Shown here piece by piece: positions 10,600-21,951 of a stretch of 64,000 nt of DNA. This stretch comes from Mobula hypostoma (Eukaryota): positions 106,394,001 through 106,458,000 of the forward strand of contig NC_086108.1 of the NCBI RefSeq assembly GCF_963921235.1, written 5' to 3'. Numbering within the stretch: position 1 is the first letter of the stretch; every line of letters starts with the position of its first letter. Under the pieces are notes generated by a model. It had not been told where the DNA came from. It saw only the letters and a list, made by a program, of their open reading frames with translations, and ran no database searches. Made by a program: the position numbers and the translations under genes.

Positions 10600-12664
10600 C
10601 ACCTCTTCCTAGGGATGCTGCCTGGCCTGCTGCATTCACCAGCAACTTTTATGTGTGTTGCTTGAATTATAGACCGGTTAGCCTGACGTCGGTGGTGGGA
10701 AAGATGCTGGAGTCAATTATAAATGATGAAATTACGACACATCTGGATAGCAGAAACAGGATCGGTCCAAGTCAGCATGGATTCATGAAGGGGAAATCGT
10801 GCTTGACTAATCTTCTGGAATTTTTTGAGGATGTAACTATGAAAATGGACAAGGGAGAACCGGTGGATGTATTGAACCTGGACTTTCAGAAAGCCTTTGA
10901 TAAAGCTCCACATAGGAGATTAGTGGGCAAAATTAGGGCACATGGTATTGGGGGCAAAGTACTGACATGGATTGAAAATTGGCTGGCTGATAGAAAACTA
11001 AGAGTAGCGATTAATGGGTCCCTTTCGGAATGGCAGGCGGTGACCAGTGGGGTACCACAGGGTTCAGTGCTGGGACCGCAGCTGTTTACAATACATGTTA
11101 ATGATTTAGATGAGGGAATTAAAAGTAACATTAGCAAATTTGCCGATGACACAAAGCTGGGTGGCAGTGTGAAATGTGAGGAGGATGCTATGAGAATGCA
11201 GGGTGACTTGGACAGGCTGGGTGAGTGGGCAGATGCATGGCAGATGCAGTTTAATGTGGATAAATGTGAGGTTAGCCACTTTGGTGGTAAGAATGGGAAG
11301 GCAGATTATTATCTAAATGGAGTCAAGTTAGAAAAAGGGGAAGTACAATGAGATCTAGGTGTTCTTGTACATCAGTCACTGAAAGCAAGCATGCAAGTAC
11401 AGCAGGCAGTGAAGAAAGCTAATGGCATGCTGGCCTTCATAACAACGGGAATTGAGTATAAGAGCAAAGAGGTCCTTCTGCAGCTGTACAGGGCCCTGGT
11501 GAGACCACACCTGGAGTACAGTTTTGGTCTCCAAATTTGAGGAAGGACATTCTTGCTATTGAGGGAGTGCAGCGTAGGTTCACGAGGTTAATTCCCGGGA
11601 TGGCGGGACTGTCATATGTTGAAAGATTGGAGCGACTGGGCTTGTATACTCTGGAATTTAGAAGGCTGAGAGGGGATCTTATTGAAACGTATAAGATTAT
11701 TAAGGGATTGGACACGCTGGAGGCAGGAAGCATGTTCCCGCTGATGGGTGAGTCCAGAACCAGAGGCCACAGTTTAAGAATAAGGGGTAGGCCATTTAGA
11801 ACGGAGTTGAGGAAAAACTTTTTCACCCAGAGAGTGGTGGATATATGGAATGCTCTGCCTCAGAAGGGTGTGGAGGCCAAGTCTCTGGATGCTTTCAAGA
11901 AAGAGATGGGTAGAGCTCTTAGAGATAGCGGAATCAAAGGTTATGGGGATAAGGCAGGAACTGGATACTGATTATGGATGATCAGCTATGATCACAGTGA
12001 ATGGTGGTGCTGGCTCAAAGGGCCAAATGGCCTACTCCTGCACCTATTGTCCATTGTCTATTACACGCCAACAATCCACAATAGTCAGCAGAACAAGACA
12101 GAATGCAACAAGCAACAAAACAATAACAGAAAAACAAGTCCCTTTCCACTCACTCACTTATGCACATATACAGTGCTTTAAGCCTAGGACAGGCCTCTTG
12201 CCTCCAAACTCCGGACTCCAGTGGGCCGGCAGATGTGGGGCTTTCAACTTCCCCAGCAGACTCAGTTCCACACAGGTTGCAAACTCGGCTCTGACCAACC
12301 ACTGTCGACTTCTGGACTTCAGGCCTCAGTTCTTGCATCGATCCCAAGTCACGCTGATCCCTGAACACTAGGCCTCGAACTCTGGTCTTGACAATTCGTG
12401 AATACAGAGGGGGTCATCGAAACTCGTTTCTCCTGCCCGCATGGAACTCAGACTCTGGAACCTGGTGATAACTTGTTCACCTGGGAGGAGTCCTTGTCTG
12501 CTTTCTGCCGGTCCAACATACGACACCCCAACCAAAAACATTCCCAATCAAGGATGGGGGATCAATTTTATTCACCATATACATTTACATGTACTAAGAA
12601 CTTGCTTGTAGTGTGTTGGTCAGGGAGACACATGCAACAAAAAAGAGAACATTCAACAATTATG

Positions 12665-13045
12665 GTGGTTGTCTGTCATGTCTGACGATGACAGGAACCT
12701 GTGTGGGAGAGATGTTAAAGAGGAAAAAGCCATTGCACTGGGACAGTTCGACTCGCTCAACCTCAGAAATCTGAGTCCAGTGGTACAGACTAGCATCACA
12801 AATGGAGTCTTCCTTGGTTGCAGTGGAAGACCATGACCCCTGTACCTCGCTGTGCCCTTCGTTCTCCACAGAGCTATCTTCCTGGCTGTTGACCTCATCC
12901 ACGCCGTCTGCTGCAGGCTGACTTTACATGTGAGTACAGGAATGTTCCTATCTCACCGGGGTATGAGGTCTGCCAGCCTGGTTTATCACCTGGTTTATCC
13001 CGCCTGTGAAAGTGGGGCATCAAGGTGTGACCACTGTCGCAAACA
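12665..13045 (-). mobile_element. RTE-derived non-autonomous element, 5'-truncated relative of 40301-40840
   Basis: Minus strand GACAGTGGTCACACC...TAAACCAGGTGA...CCCCGGTGAGATAGG...CATGTAAAGTCAG parallels 53527-53640. Confidence 0.6.
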
Positions 13046-13324
13046 ATTACAAAGAATAAGAAATTATATAAAAAATAAAGTTAGAGCTTAAAGTATGGAT
13101 ACAGAATAAAATGTGCATAAATGTGTATACACCAATATGTATTTACAATATAAAGAGCATTTTAAAAAGTGGTTTAAAGTATGCCATCTCCCTTGAACTG
13201 CAGTGGATTGATTTTCCATTTGGGTTACTGACATCATAAATTCAAAGATGATGTGCATTAAGTGATCAATGATTAAGATCTTAAGGGTTTGTTTGTGATA
13301 CACAATCTGCCAAAGACGACTTTT

Positions 13325-13490
13325 TCCTATGGTCCACTCTCCTCACCTATCTGATCCCTTGGTCTTTCCCCCCAGCTTTTTATTCGGGCATCTTCCCCCT
13401 TCCTCGGGTCCCGGCTCAAAACGTCGACTGTTCGTTCATTTCCAGAGATGCGGCCTGAGCTGCAGCATTCCTCCAGCATTCTGTCGCAAG
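13325..13490 (+). mobile_element. PLE 3'UTR fragment
   Basis: GGGTCCCGGCTCAAAACGTCGACTG...GATGCGGCCTGAGC...CCTCCAGCATT. Confidence 0.75.
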
Positions 13491-13689
13491 TACGTGCTCC
13501 AAGGCATTCAGTGCTTTGTGTTAATGTCCTACACACTGGATGCCGGCAGCCCACAATTGCTGTTGTGCCTGCATCGCCAACGTAGCAGGCCACGACTCGC
13601 TAGCCCTAACCCGTACATCCTTGGAATGTGGGAGGAAACCCAGGCAGTTACAACAAGACTATGTAAACTCCTTACAGGAAATAAGTAGT

Positions 13690-13980
13690 GGGTGGATGCA
13701 GCCCAGTTCATCACAAGCAAAGCCTTCCCCACCACTGAGCACATTTACAAGGAGCGCTGCCATAAGAATGAAGAATCCATCATCAAAAGCACCACTGTCT
13801 AGGCCATGCTCACTACTACCATCAGGCAGGAGGCACAGAAGCTTAGGTGCCACACCACCAGGTTCAGAAACAGTTATTATCCTACAACCATGAGACTCCT
13901 GAATAACTTCACTTACCACAATTTAGAACTAATTCTTTAAGCTCCGGACTCATGTTCGAGGAACTTTTACAACCCATATC
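13690..13980 (+). mobile_element. Rex1/Babar LINE 3' fragment
   Basis: Encodes LLPSGRRHRSL; upstream frames give AQFITSKAFPTTEHIYKERC. Confidence 0.75.
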
Positions 13981-14459
13981 CAAGATCTGCTGGGGTCAGC
14001 CTGCGAGCGTCACCATGCCTCCTGCGCCAACATAGTTTGCCCACAGATCACTGACCCGAGCCCATACATCTTTGGAATTTGCAAGAATAATTTGCCTTTG
14101 CGCACAGCTGAACAATGGGATGGGGAGGGGTGGCTGTGGGTGTGGACCGTTGAAGGGGAATGCAGGTGGTGGATCTGGTCACTGACGGTGACTGGAAGTA
14201 CGGCTTGAGAAGTGTAAATTTTACCATTTTAAAGTTGTAAATAACTTCACATTTTGCTTACAGCCTGCAACCCTACATGTGTGGATCGCCTCAGGGGCTT
14301 ATTCAAGGTATATAATCTCCAAGGACACACACAGTCCACACAGTTCATGTGGGTGTTCACCTGCAACACACAGACCCAGACACACACACACAATAGAATT
14401 TCATTTGCCTAACTGAGGAATGCAGACACTTGTCACTTGTCTCTCAGTTTGTCATACAC

Positions 14460-14605
14460 CTCATTATAGGAAAGGTTCTTTCATCTCTTGGCTGTCCCAA
14501 AGCACTTTCCATTGAATGAATTACCACAGCAGCCCACAGTTAGGCCTGTAGGCAAACACTGCCTCCAATTTATACATCACTAGGTCCCGACAAGCAGAAA
14601 ATCGT
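14460..14605 (-). mobile_element. Old Deu-domain SINE 3' fragment
   Basis: GTCCCAAAGCACTTT...AATGAA...GTAGGCAAACACTGCCTCCAATTT...CCCGACAAGCAG resembles the reverse DeuSINE 3' region (recognised from memory). Confidence 0.5.
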
Positions 14606-14860
14606 ATGAATGATAGATCAAAGTTCAACAAGCAGCTGGGAGAACTCAACGGGACAAGTAACATCTGTGAAGGGAAAAGGGATGTGTCAATGCTTTGAGA
14701 TGAGACCCCGCATCAGGAATGGGGGCGCAATGAGGGGAGGGGGAAGGGGGAGAATGAAGGATAGCCAGTAGGAGACCAAAAGACCATAGGAGCACAATTA
14801 GGCCAATGGTGAATGCAAATGATGCACTTCACTGTATGTTTCGACGTACATGTGATAAAT

Positions 14861-15000
14861 ACATTCAATGGCCACTTTATTAGGTACACCCATACATCTG
14901 CTCGCTAATACAAATATTTAACCAGCCAATCATGTGGCAGCAACTCAGTGAGTAAAAGCATGCAGACATGGTCAAGAGATTCAGCTGTTGCTCAAACTGT
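14861..15000 (+). mobile_element. Tc1-like left-end remnant
   Basis: TGGCCACTTTATTAGGTACACC TIR followed by CAGCCAATCATGTGGCAGCAACTCAG, shared with 54856, 57102 and reverse copies. Confidence 0.8.
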
Positions 15001-15324
15001 ACATCAAGTCTTATGGATTAGGAACTCAAGAAGTGATGAGAATGGTGGTGTTTTACGAGGGAAGAATGCATCTGAATCTCTTTCCTGTCTGTGATTGCAC
15101 ACCCAACACATGTGGTCTGTTACCTCCTCAGCCATGGGGAAAGCTGGAACATGCTGCCTGGTGACATGGAGATGGATTCCATTGTGGAATTGGGTGTTGG
15201 GTGTTGGTATATTATTGCCACATGTACTGAGATACAGTGAAAAGCTTGTCTTACATACAGTTCATACAGATCAGATCATTACACAGTGCATTGAGCGAGA
15301 ATAATACAGTAGCAATACAGAATC

Positions 15325-15570
15325 TGTGGGTTCAATTCCCACCGCTGTCTGTAAGGAGTTTCTCCTTATGACTTTTTGGGTTTCCTCTGGGTGCTCCACT
15401 TTTCTCCCGCATTCCAGAAGACGTATGGATAGGGTTAGTGAGGTGTGGGCAGAAGCATGTCAACACTTGCAGGTTGTTCCCTGCTCAGTCTTCGAACTAC
15501 GTTGTTTGTTGGCAAAACGATGCATTCCATTGTGTGTTTCAATGTACATGAGACAAATAAACTTAATCAG
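15325..15570 (+). mobile_element. V-domain tRNA-SINE with non-CR1 tail
   Basis: B-box-like GGTTCAATTCC; V core GGGTTTCCTCTGGGTGCTCC; tail ATGTACATGAGACAAATAAACTTAATC. Confidence 0.7.
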
Positions 15571-15589
15571 AGTCCAGAGGAGGGAGGAG

Positions 15590-15860
15590 GGATGGCATGG
15601 TAATGTAGTTGTTAGCACAATGCTTTACAGTACCAGCAACCCGGGTTCATTCCCACCGCTGTCTGTAAGGAGTTTGTACATTCTCCACATGACCAGGTGG
15701 GTTTCCTCCAGGTGCTCCAGTTTTCTCCCACATCCCAATGGTCACTGTAAACCGTCCCACAATTAGGCGAAGGTTAAATTGGCTTTGATAGATGACCCGG
15801 CTAAAAGGGTTGGAGGGGTTTGCTCCACGCTCTTTCTCAATAAATAAATAAATAAATAAA
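15590..15860 (+). mobile_element. V-domain tRNA-SINE (HE1-like)
   Basis: tRNA-like head, GTGGGTTTCCTCCAGGTGCTCCAGTTTTCTCCCACATCCC core, (TAAA)n tail. Confidence 0.75.
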
Positions 15861-15861
15861 T

Positions 15862-16300
15862 GATAGTTTCAGTGACGTGCTGAGTTGTGTCCACAGCTCT
15901 CTGCGGTTTCTTGAGGTCATGTACAGAACAGTTGCTGTGCCAAGCATTAAGCACCAAACACAGTGCTTTCATTCTCCATCCATAAAATCTGGGAAGAGTT
16001 CGAAAGGAAGATGCCAGATTTCTTTAGCCTTCTGAGGAAGTGGAGCTGTTGGTGAGTTTTCTTGGCCATGATGTCTATGTGGTTAGACCAGGACAGGCTA
16101 TTGGTGATGCAAACACCTGGGAGCTTGAAGCTCTCAACCCTCTCAAACTCAACACCTTTGCTGTGATAGCAGCGTGTGCACCACCAACCTTTCTGGTCGA
16201 TGACCAACTCTTTTGTTTTGCTGACATTGAGGGAAAGGGTCGTTGTCATGACACCGTATCACTAAGCTTGCTATCTCCTTCTTGTACTTGAACTCATTGA
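15862..16300 (-). mobile_element. Rex1/Babar RT C-terminal fragment
   Basis: LSLNVSKTKELVID...VERVESFK-like...LSWSNHID...KKTHQQLHFLRRLKK. Confidence 0.85.
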
Positions 16301-16329
16301 AAGGTCAAATAGCCTTCTTCTGTGTTACA

Positions 16330-16560
16330 TAGAACATAAAAGATAGAACATAGAAATGTACAACACATTACAGGCCCTTCGACCCACAATGTTGTGCTGA
16401 CCATGTAACCTACTCTAGAGCCTGCCTAGAATTTCCATAGCGCATAGCCCTCTATTTTCCTAAGCTCCATGTACCTATCTAAGAGGCTCTTAGAAGAACC
16501 TATTGTATCTACTTCCACCACCGTCGCCAGCAGTGCATTCCATGCACCCACCACTCTATG
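16330..16560 (-). mobile_element. CR1 3' end
   Basis: ATAGAACATAGAAA tail (reverse of the CR1 8-bp repeat) and 3'UTR. Confidence 0.8.
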
Positions 16561-16839
16561 CATAATATGTGTTGTAACCAGCCTATGCATAATATTACAA
16601 CCAAATAAAGACCATGAAAATGATTATAAATAAGAATTGAAAATGGTCTTTGATCAGCATCAAAGATCCCCACTATCCGGCCATGCCTTTTTCTCACAGC
16701 CACCATGATGCAGGAGGTACAGAAGCCTGAAGTCTCTCATCAACAAGGTCAAAAACAGTTACTTCCCTTCGACCATTTGGTTCTTGAACCAACCTGTGCA
16801 ACTATAATTGGGACAGTTTTTTAAATGATATTTTTTATT

Positions 16840-17050
16840 TAGAGATAGAATATGTTAACGTGTCCGTGTACCCAATTACAGCATATGTGAGCAATTAACC
16901 TACTAACCCATACCTCTTTGGAATGTGGGAGGAAATGGGAGCACTGGAGGAAGCCCACATGATCATGGAAAGAATGCACAAGCTCTTTACAGACAGTGGT
17001 GGAACTGAAACTGGGTCCCTGGTGCTGTAATAGCATTGTGCTAACCAATA
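16840..17050 (-). mobile_element. V-domain tRNA-SINE
   Basis: TTTGGAATGTGGGAGGAAATGGGAGCACTGGAGGAAGCCCAC is the reverse V core. Confidence 0.7.
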
Positions 17051-17369
17051 CATTATAGTGCCATTTTATCACACTATGACTACTTCAATCACTTTGCACT
17101 GAAATGGACAATGCATTGTTATTTTTAAGTCTCAAGGTATATAAAGTGGCATTTTTAAACCCTTCTGTTCATTTTGCAGTTAAATCCATTCAACTCATGC
17201 AGGTATTTTGTTGAAATCCAAATTGAAACGCAAGTTGCTTTAAGTAGCCCCTTAACGTCCCCAAGCAAGAGCCCCGTTAGATGCATGAAAGTCACAGTAA
17301 AATAGAAAATACCAATTTACGCTAAATATGCCCTGAAAATAGCTGAGTGAGGATAGACAAGAGTTTTAT

Positions 17370-17530
17370 ATTGTGGTTGTATGAAGGATACGTATTGACT
17401 AGGCTCCAGGAAGAACTTCCTGCAGTTCTCTTTGTTCACGTCCCGCTATGGAATCTTTGATATCCAGTTGAGAGTACAGACAAAAGCTCGGCTTCATTCA
17501 AAAAGGCAAAAGGTGTCAAACTGCACAGAC
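17370..17530 (-). mobile_element. Old Deu-domain SINE core fragment
   Basis: GAAGGATACGTATTGACTAGG...GAAGAACTTCCTGC...ATGGAATCTTTGATATCCAGTTGAGAG...CAGAC resembles the reverse Deu domain (from memory). Confidence 0.5.
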
Positions 17531-17574
17531 TCAATTCTTGATAGTAAGATGCAGTTCCACAAGGTTCTGAAGAG

Positions 17575-17885
17575 GGGATCCATAGTGGCGTAACGGTTGG
17601 CATGTCAGTATTTCAGATTGGGGCGTCAGACTTCAGAGTTTAATCTCAGCACAGTCTGTAAGGAATTTGTACGTGCTCACTATAACCGCATGGATTTCCT
17701 CCAGGTGCTCTGATTTCCTCCCACATTCCAAAGGCGTGTCTGTTAATAGATTAACAGGCCATTGTCAATTGTCCTGTGATTAGGCTGGGGTTAAGTCGGT
17801 GAGTTGCTGGGCTGGACAGCTCACTGGGTCAAAAGGGTCAGTTCCGGACTGTATCTCTAAATAATAAAAAAATAATTAAATAAAA
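17575..17885 (+). mobile_element. V-domain tRNA-SINE with CR1-type tail (HE1-like)
   Basis: A-box-like TGGCGTAACGG, V core, tail GGGTCAAAAGGGTCAGTTCCGGACTGTATCTCTAAA. Confidence 0.75.
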
Positions 17886-18604
17886 GAGTCAGGAATGAGA
17901 TGACCTGAGACTTGTCTAGCACTTAACGGTTTCATCTGATAACAAGAGACTTGCCCATCCCTTTAAGATAACACACACAAAATGGAGGATGAACTCAGCA
18001 GGTCAGGCCAGCATCTATAGAGGGGAATAAGGAATTGGTATTCCAGGCCAAGACTTCAAAGGAATTGGCAGGATGGCATGATGTTTTGACTCCATTTTGC
18101 TGATTATAGCTTCCATTGTTCACCCAATGAAGCGACGAGAGCGATTGAATCATCAAGGCGAACGCGGAAGTTTGGAGATCGTTTGGGTGTTTCAGCGCTC
18201 TGCAGTCTCCGGGAGGATTCGGGAGCCAGAGGCAGCATATAGAGCCTCGCAGCAGACAGTCTGTAGGATGGGACACAAGTCGATGTTTGTTTCCACTTTG
18301 CTGATTACAGCTTCCATTGTTTGCCGATTAAAGCAACAAGGGAGATTGAAGCATCGAAGCGAATGCAGAGGGTGAGCGCCAACTGCCTGCCTTTTGATCC
18401 ATTGTACTGGACAGTGGAGAGCCTGCCGCTGCGCCTGGAGAGTGTGGTCCAGGATTTTTCTGCGCTTTGGATGTGGACTTGGAGTAAAGACTCATTTTTT
18501 CAGTCTTATAGTTTGTATATGCTGTGTTTTCTTGCCCAATCTTCTCATTCTATTTTTGAGCGGGGGGGGGTATTTGGGGGTCAATGTGCCTGATCCATTT
18601 TGTT

Positions 18605-18980
18605 CATTTGGGAAGTTCAAAAGAGAAGTTGAAGATATTGATGTTTATGCCATCAGATAGGAGACTAGTCAGACAGAATATGAGGGGTTGCTCCTTCAAC
18701 CTGAGAGTGGCCTCACTGAGGAGGCCATGGACTGACATATCAGAATGGGAATGAGAGGTGGAATTAAAACGGGTAGCCATTGGGAAAGCCTGCCTTTTGC
18801 AGAGGGCAGAGTCAACATACACCTCCTGTTCCACCCCACCCCCCTCCACCATCTTATTCTGGTTTCTGCCCCTCCCTTTCTAGTCCTGATGAAGCGCTCT
18901 GGTGTGAAACGTGATCTGTTTATTCTCCTCTGTAGGTGGTGCCTGACCTGTTGAGTTTCTCCAGCATTTTCTGTGTGCTG
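18605..18980. mobile_element. Degenerate PLE fragments in inverted arrangement
   Basis: Minus-strand ATRFNSTSHSHSDMSVHGLL (18605-18805), then plus-strand 3'UTR with AGTCCTGATGAAG...GAAACGTG. Confidence 0.8.
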
Positions 18981-19359
18981 TGGGTTAACCGGCCGCTCCG
19001 ATCTGGTTATAGCAAGTGGTGGAATCTCTAGGGGGTAGAGGCAAGATTAGTGGAGAAATGTATTTGCCCTGACAGTGAGCATAAACTTGGAGTCCCGAAA
19101 CATTGATTGATTATTCCTCTCTGTAGATGCTGCCTCCAGCACTTTTAGTGTATTGTTCAAGATTTCTGGCAACATCAGAATCTCTTGTGTTTACCATTAA
19201 GACCTTCTTCTTTGTACATTAATTTTGCTTTTCAAGCTCTTGATGGCATGAACTTCTGACAATTTCTCTGCCCGCCCCCTTCTCTCATTTTCCAATATTC
19301 TCCCCTTCTACGCCGTCATCTGAACAGTCATTATATTTTCCACTGTGCATCTATATAAG

Positions 19360-20114
19360 CAACACACACAAAATGCTGGAGGAACTCAATAGGCCAAGCA
19401 GCATCTACGGAAAAGATTACAGTCGGATTTTCGGGCTGAGACCCTTCGACAGGACTGGAGAAAAATGATGAGGAGTATATTTAAAAGGTTGGGAGAGGGG
19501 AGGGAGAAACATAAGTGATAGGTGAAACCGGGAGGGGGATGGGCGAAGTAAAGAGCTGGGAAATTGGTTGGTGGAAGAGACACATGGCTGAAAAAGGTGG
19601 GGATCTAATAGGAGAGGACAGAAGGCCATGGAAGAAAGAAAATTGGGGAGGAGCACCAGAGGGAGGTGATAGACAGGCAAGGATATAAGATGAGAGAGGG
19701 AAAAGAGAATGGGGAATGGTGAAGGGGGGTTGGGAGGGCACCACGGAAGTTCGAGAAATCAATGTTCATGCCATCACATTGGAGGCTACCCAGATGGAAT
19801 ATAAGGCGTTGATCCTCCAATTTGAGTGGGTCTCATTGCTACAGCAGAAGAAGACATGGATTGACAGTATCAGAATCGGAATGGAAAGTGGAATTAAAAT
19901 GGGCAGCCACTGGGAGATCCCGTTTCTTCTGGTGGATGGTGCATAGGTGCGCCGTGAGGTGGTCTCGCCATCTATGTCAGGTCTCACCGATATACAGGAG
20001 GCTGAAGGATCTCAGCCTGAAATGTTGACTGTACTGTTTTCCTGGCCTGCTGAGTTCCTCCAGCATTTTGTGCTTATTGCTTGGATTTCCAGCATCTGCA
20101 GATTTTCTCTTGTT
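19360..20114 (-). mobile_element. PLE 3' fragment with short inverted arm
   Basis: Minus-strand GIY-YIG end (LIFHLGSLQCDGMNIDFSNFR) and UTR; plus-strand UTR arm ~20001-20114; flanks TGTGCATCTATATAAG and TGTGCATCTGTACAAG. Confidence 0.85.
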
Positions 20115-20806
20115 TGTGCATCTGTACAAGTTTGTCAAGCTTTCATGCGGATCTGCGCAAACTTCTAAGAAAGGAGAGGCATCGTTATGCCTTCTTTGTA
20201 GTGGCACATTACATTTTGTAATGGATTTCCAGCATCTGCAGAATCTCTTGTGTTTATTATTTCTCAATCCATTCTGTCATTTTCTTTCCCACACTTGTTT
20301 AATCATCCCTGTGTGTATTGCCGATATTCACCATTATAACTGATATGATTTATTAATGGGAGGGAGTTAAGCATGATCAACAGGACTGAGTGGATCCCTA
20401 TTTGTTGTGTTCTTCTTCAATGAAACATTTCAGGGTTAATTGAGACAGATGTGTGTGAATTAATGGCACCATCCATTATTCATCAGGACTGCACACCTTG
20501 AAGTTCAGTCTGTGGTCTTCCCCTGCTTAAATGTTAAAACAACATGACGAATAACAATATGTCACTTATAGTTGTAACAAATGACTATTTAAACACCAAA
20601 TCTCCTCATGTGTACATTAAAGTATTGTCACTATTGAGAAATTGCATTAAATCTGAGCTGAATCAGAGGTATTATCAGTAACAGCACTGTGTATTAAGCA
20701 AGATACTAAATTCACACAATAGCATCTTGGAACTGCTCCAAATCCAAAGCAGTTTTTTGGCCTTGGAACACCAGAATGATTCAGAAATAAATCCTTCACA
20801 CAGAGG

Positions 20807-21399
20807 TGTCACGCTGAATCTTCAGACCCAAGCACAGGATCACACAGGACTAAACAAAACTAGGAATTTTATGATGAAAACTAAGTAAAGTAAAGCAAAA
20901 CAACACAACCAAACTCACAAAAAATGCTGGTGAATGCAGCAGGCCAGGCAGCATCTATAGGAAGTACAGTCGACCCACAAGGACTTGGATAACTCAGTAT
21001 AACTTGGGCAGAACTACAACAGGCAAAGAGCAAGATGACCAAATCAACAAGGAGTTAGCACTGCCCTTTAAAGACACTCCAGGGCAAGAAAGAATCTGTG
21101 CCTAGCTGATAAAACCCCAGACTAATTGAAAGCTGACAAGTAACTATACTAATAAGAGGCAAAAGTCAAAGGATGCTTCATTGGACACCTCCAAAACCCC
21201 AGAGAATTAATTGGATGTAATCAAGAATAATTGCAACTTAAGTGTAAACTAGAGAAGACCTAACAACAGCACATGAAGACACAAAGTGCAACACTAGGGA
21301 TAATTATAATTAATAAAACATAGAAAATACAAACAAAACAACAGTTAAAAAAAACTCGGAGCACTCAGAATACTCTACTGAAGAGGCGAGGTTGTGACA
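20807..21399. mobile_element. Probable solo LTR containing a small PLE fragment
   Basis: Termini TGTCAC...GTGACA (6-bp inverted repeat); 5-bp flanks AGAGG and AAAGG; strong A/T strand skew; PLE piece at ~20915-20975. Confidence 0.55.
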
Positions 21400-21620
21400 A
21401 AAGGGTAATGCACAATTTTGGAACATGCCAAACAAAGCTGCTGAGGATGGAGATGTGACTAAGATCAACAATTTGTGTTACATGATGGCATCAGACAAGA
21501 TGAAACTAAGAGACTTAAATAGGAAACAACAGGAATTCTGCAGATGCTGGAAATTCAAGCAACATACATCAAAGTTGCTGGTGAACGCAGCAGGCCAAGC
21601 AGCATCTATAGGAAGAGGCG

Positions 21621-21659
21621 CAGTCGACGTTTCAGGCCGAGACCCTTCGTCAGGACTAA
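21621..21659 (-). ncRNA. Minimal type I hammerhead ribozyme, intact
   Basis: Minus strand TAGTC-CTGACGA-A-GGGTCTCGGCCT-GAAA-CGTC-GACTG. Confidence 0.85.
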
Positions 21660-21951
21660 CTGAAGGAAGAGTGAGTAAGGGATTTGAAAGCTGGAGGGGG
21701 AGGGGGAGATGCAAAATGATAGGAGAAGATGGGAGGGGGAGGGATAGAGCCAAGAGCTGGACAGGTGATAGGCAAAAGGGGATACGAGAGGATCATGGGA
21801 CAGGAGGTCCGGGAAGAAAGACAAGGGGGGGGTGACCCAGAGGATGGGCAAGAGGTATATTCAGAGGGAGAGAGGGAGAAAAAGGAGAGTGAGAGAAAGA
21901 ATGTGTGCATAAAAATGAGTAACAGATGGGGTACGAGGGGGAGGTGGGGCC

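Larger units (their letters stand above)
9404..10663 (+). mobile_element. Penelope-like element (Neptune type), 5'-truncated, with an inverted 3'UTR copy at the left end
   Basis: 9404-9720 is the reverse complement of the 3'UTR; 9721-10263 is coding; TSD GAATTATAGACCG at 9391-9403 and 10664-10676. Confidence 0.95.
8932..12060 (+). mobile_element. CR1 LINE, 5'-truncated, interrupted by a PLE and flanked by a 52-bp direct repeat
   Basis: KSPGPDGLHPRLLKEVA, YRPVSLTS, QHGF, DFQKAFD, GVPQGSVLGP, FADD, RKNFFTQRVV; flanks 8880-8931 and 12061-12112 match at 50/52. Confidence 0.96.

Noticed and set aside
14263..14306. 44-nt candidate exon (TTTTGCTTACAG ... CAAG|GTATAT), open in all frames
   Set aside because: Weak donor, no recognisable peptide and no partner exons; needs RNA-seq.
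21425..21835. Recurrent KQQEFCRCWKFKQH and SPDEGSRPETST ORFs
   Set aside because: Translations of the non-coding PLE terminal repeat; SPDEGSRPETST is the hammerhead sequence read as codons.
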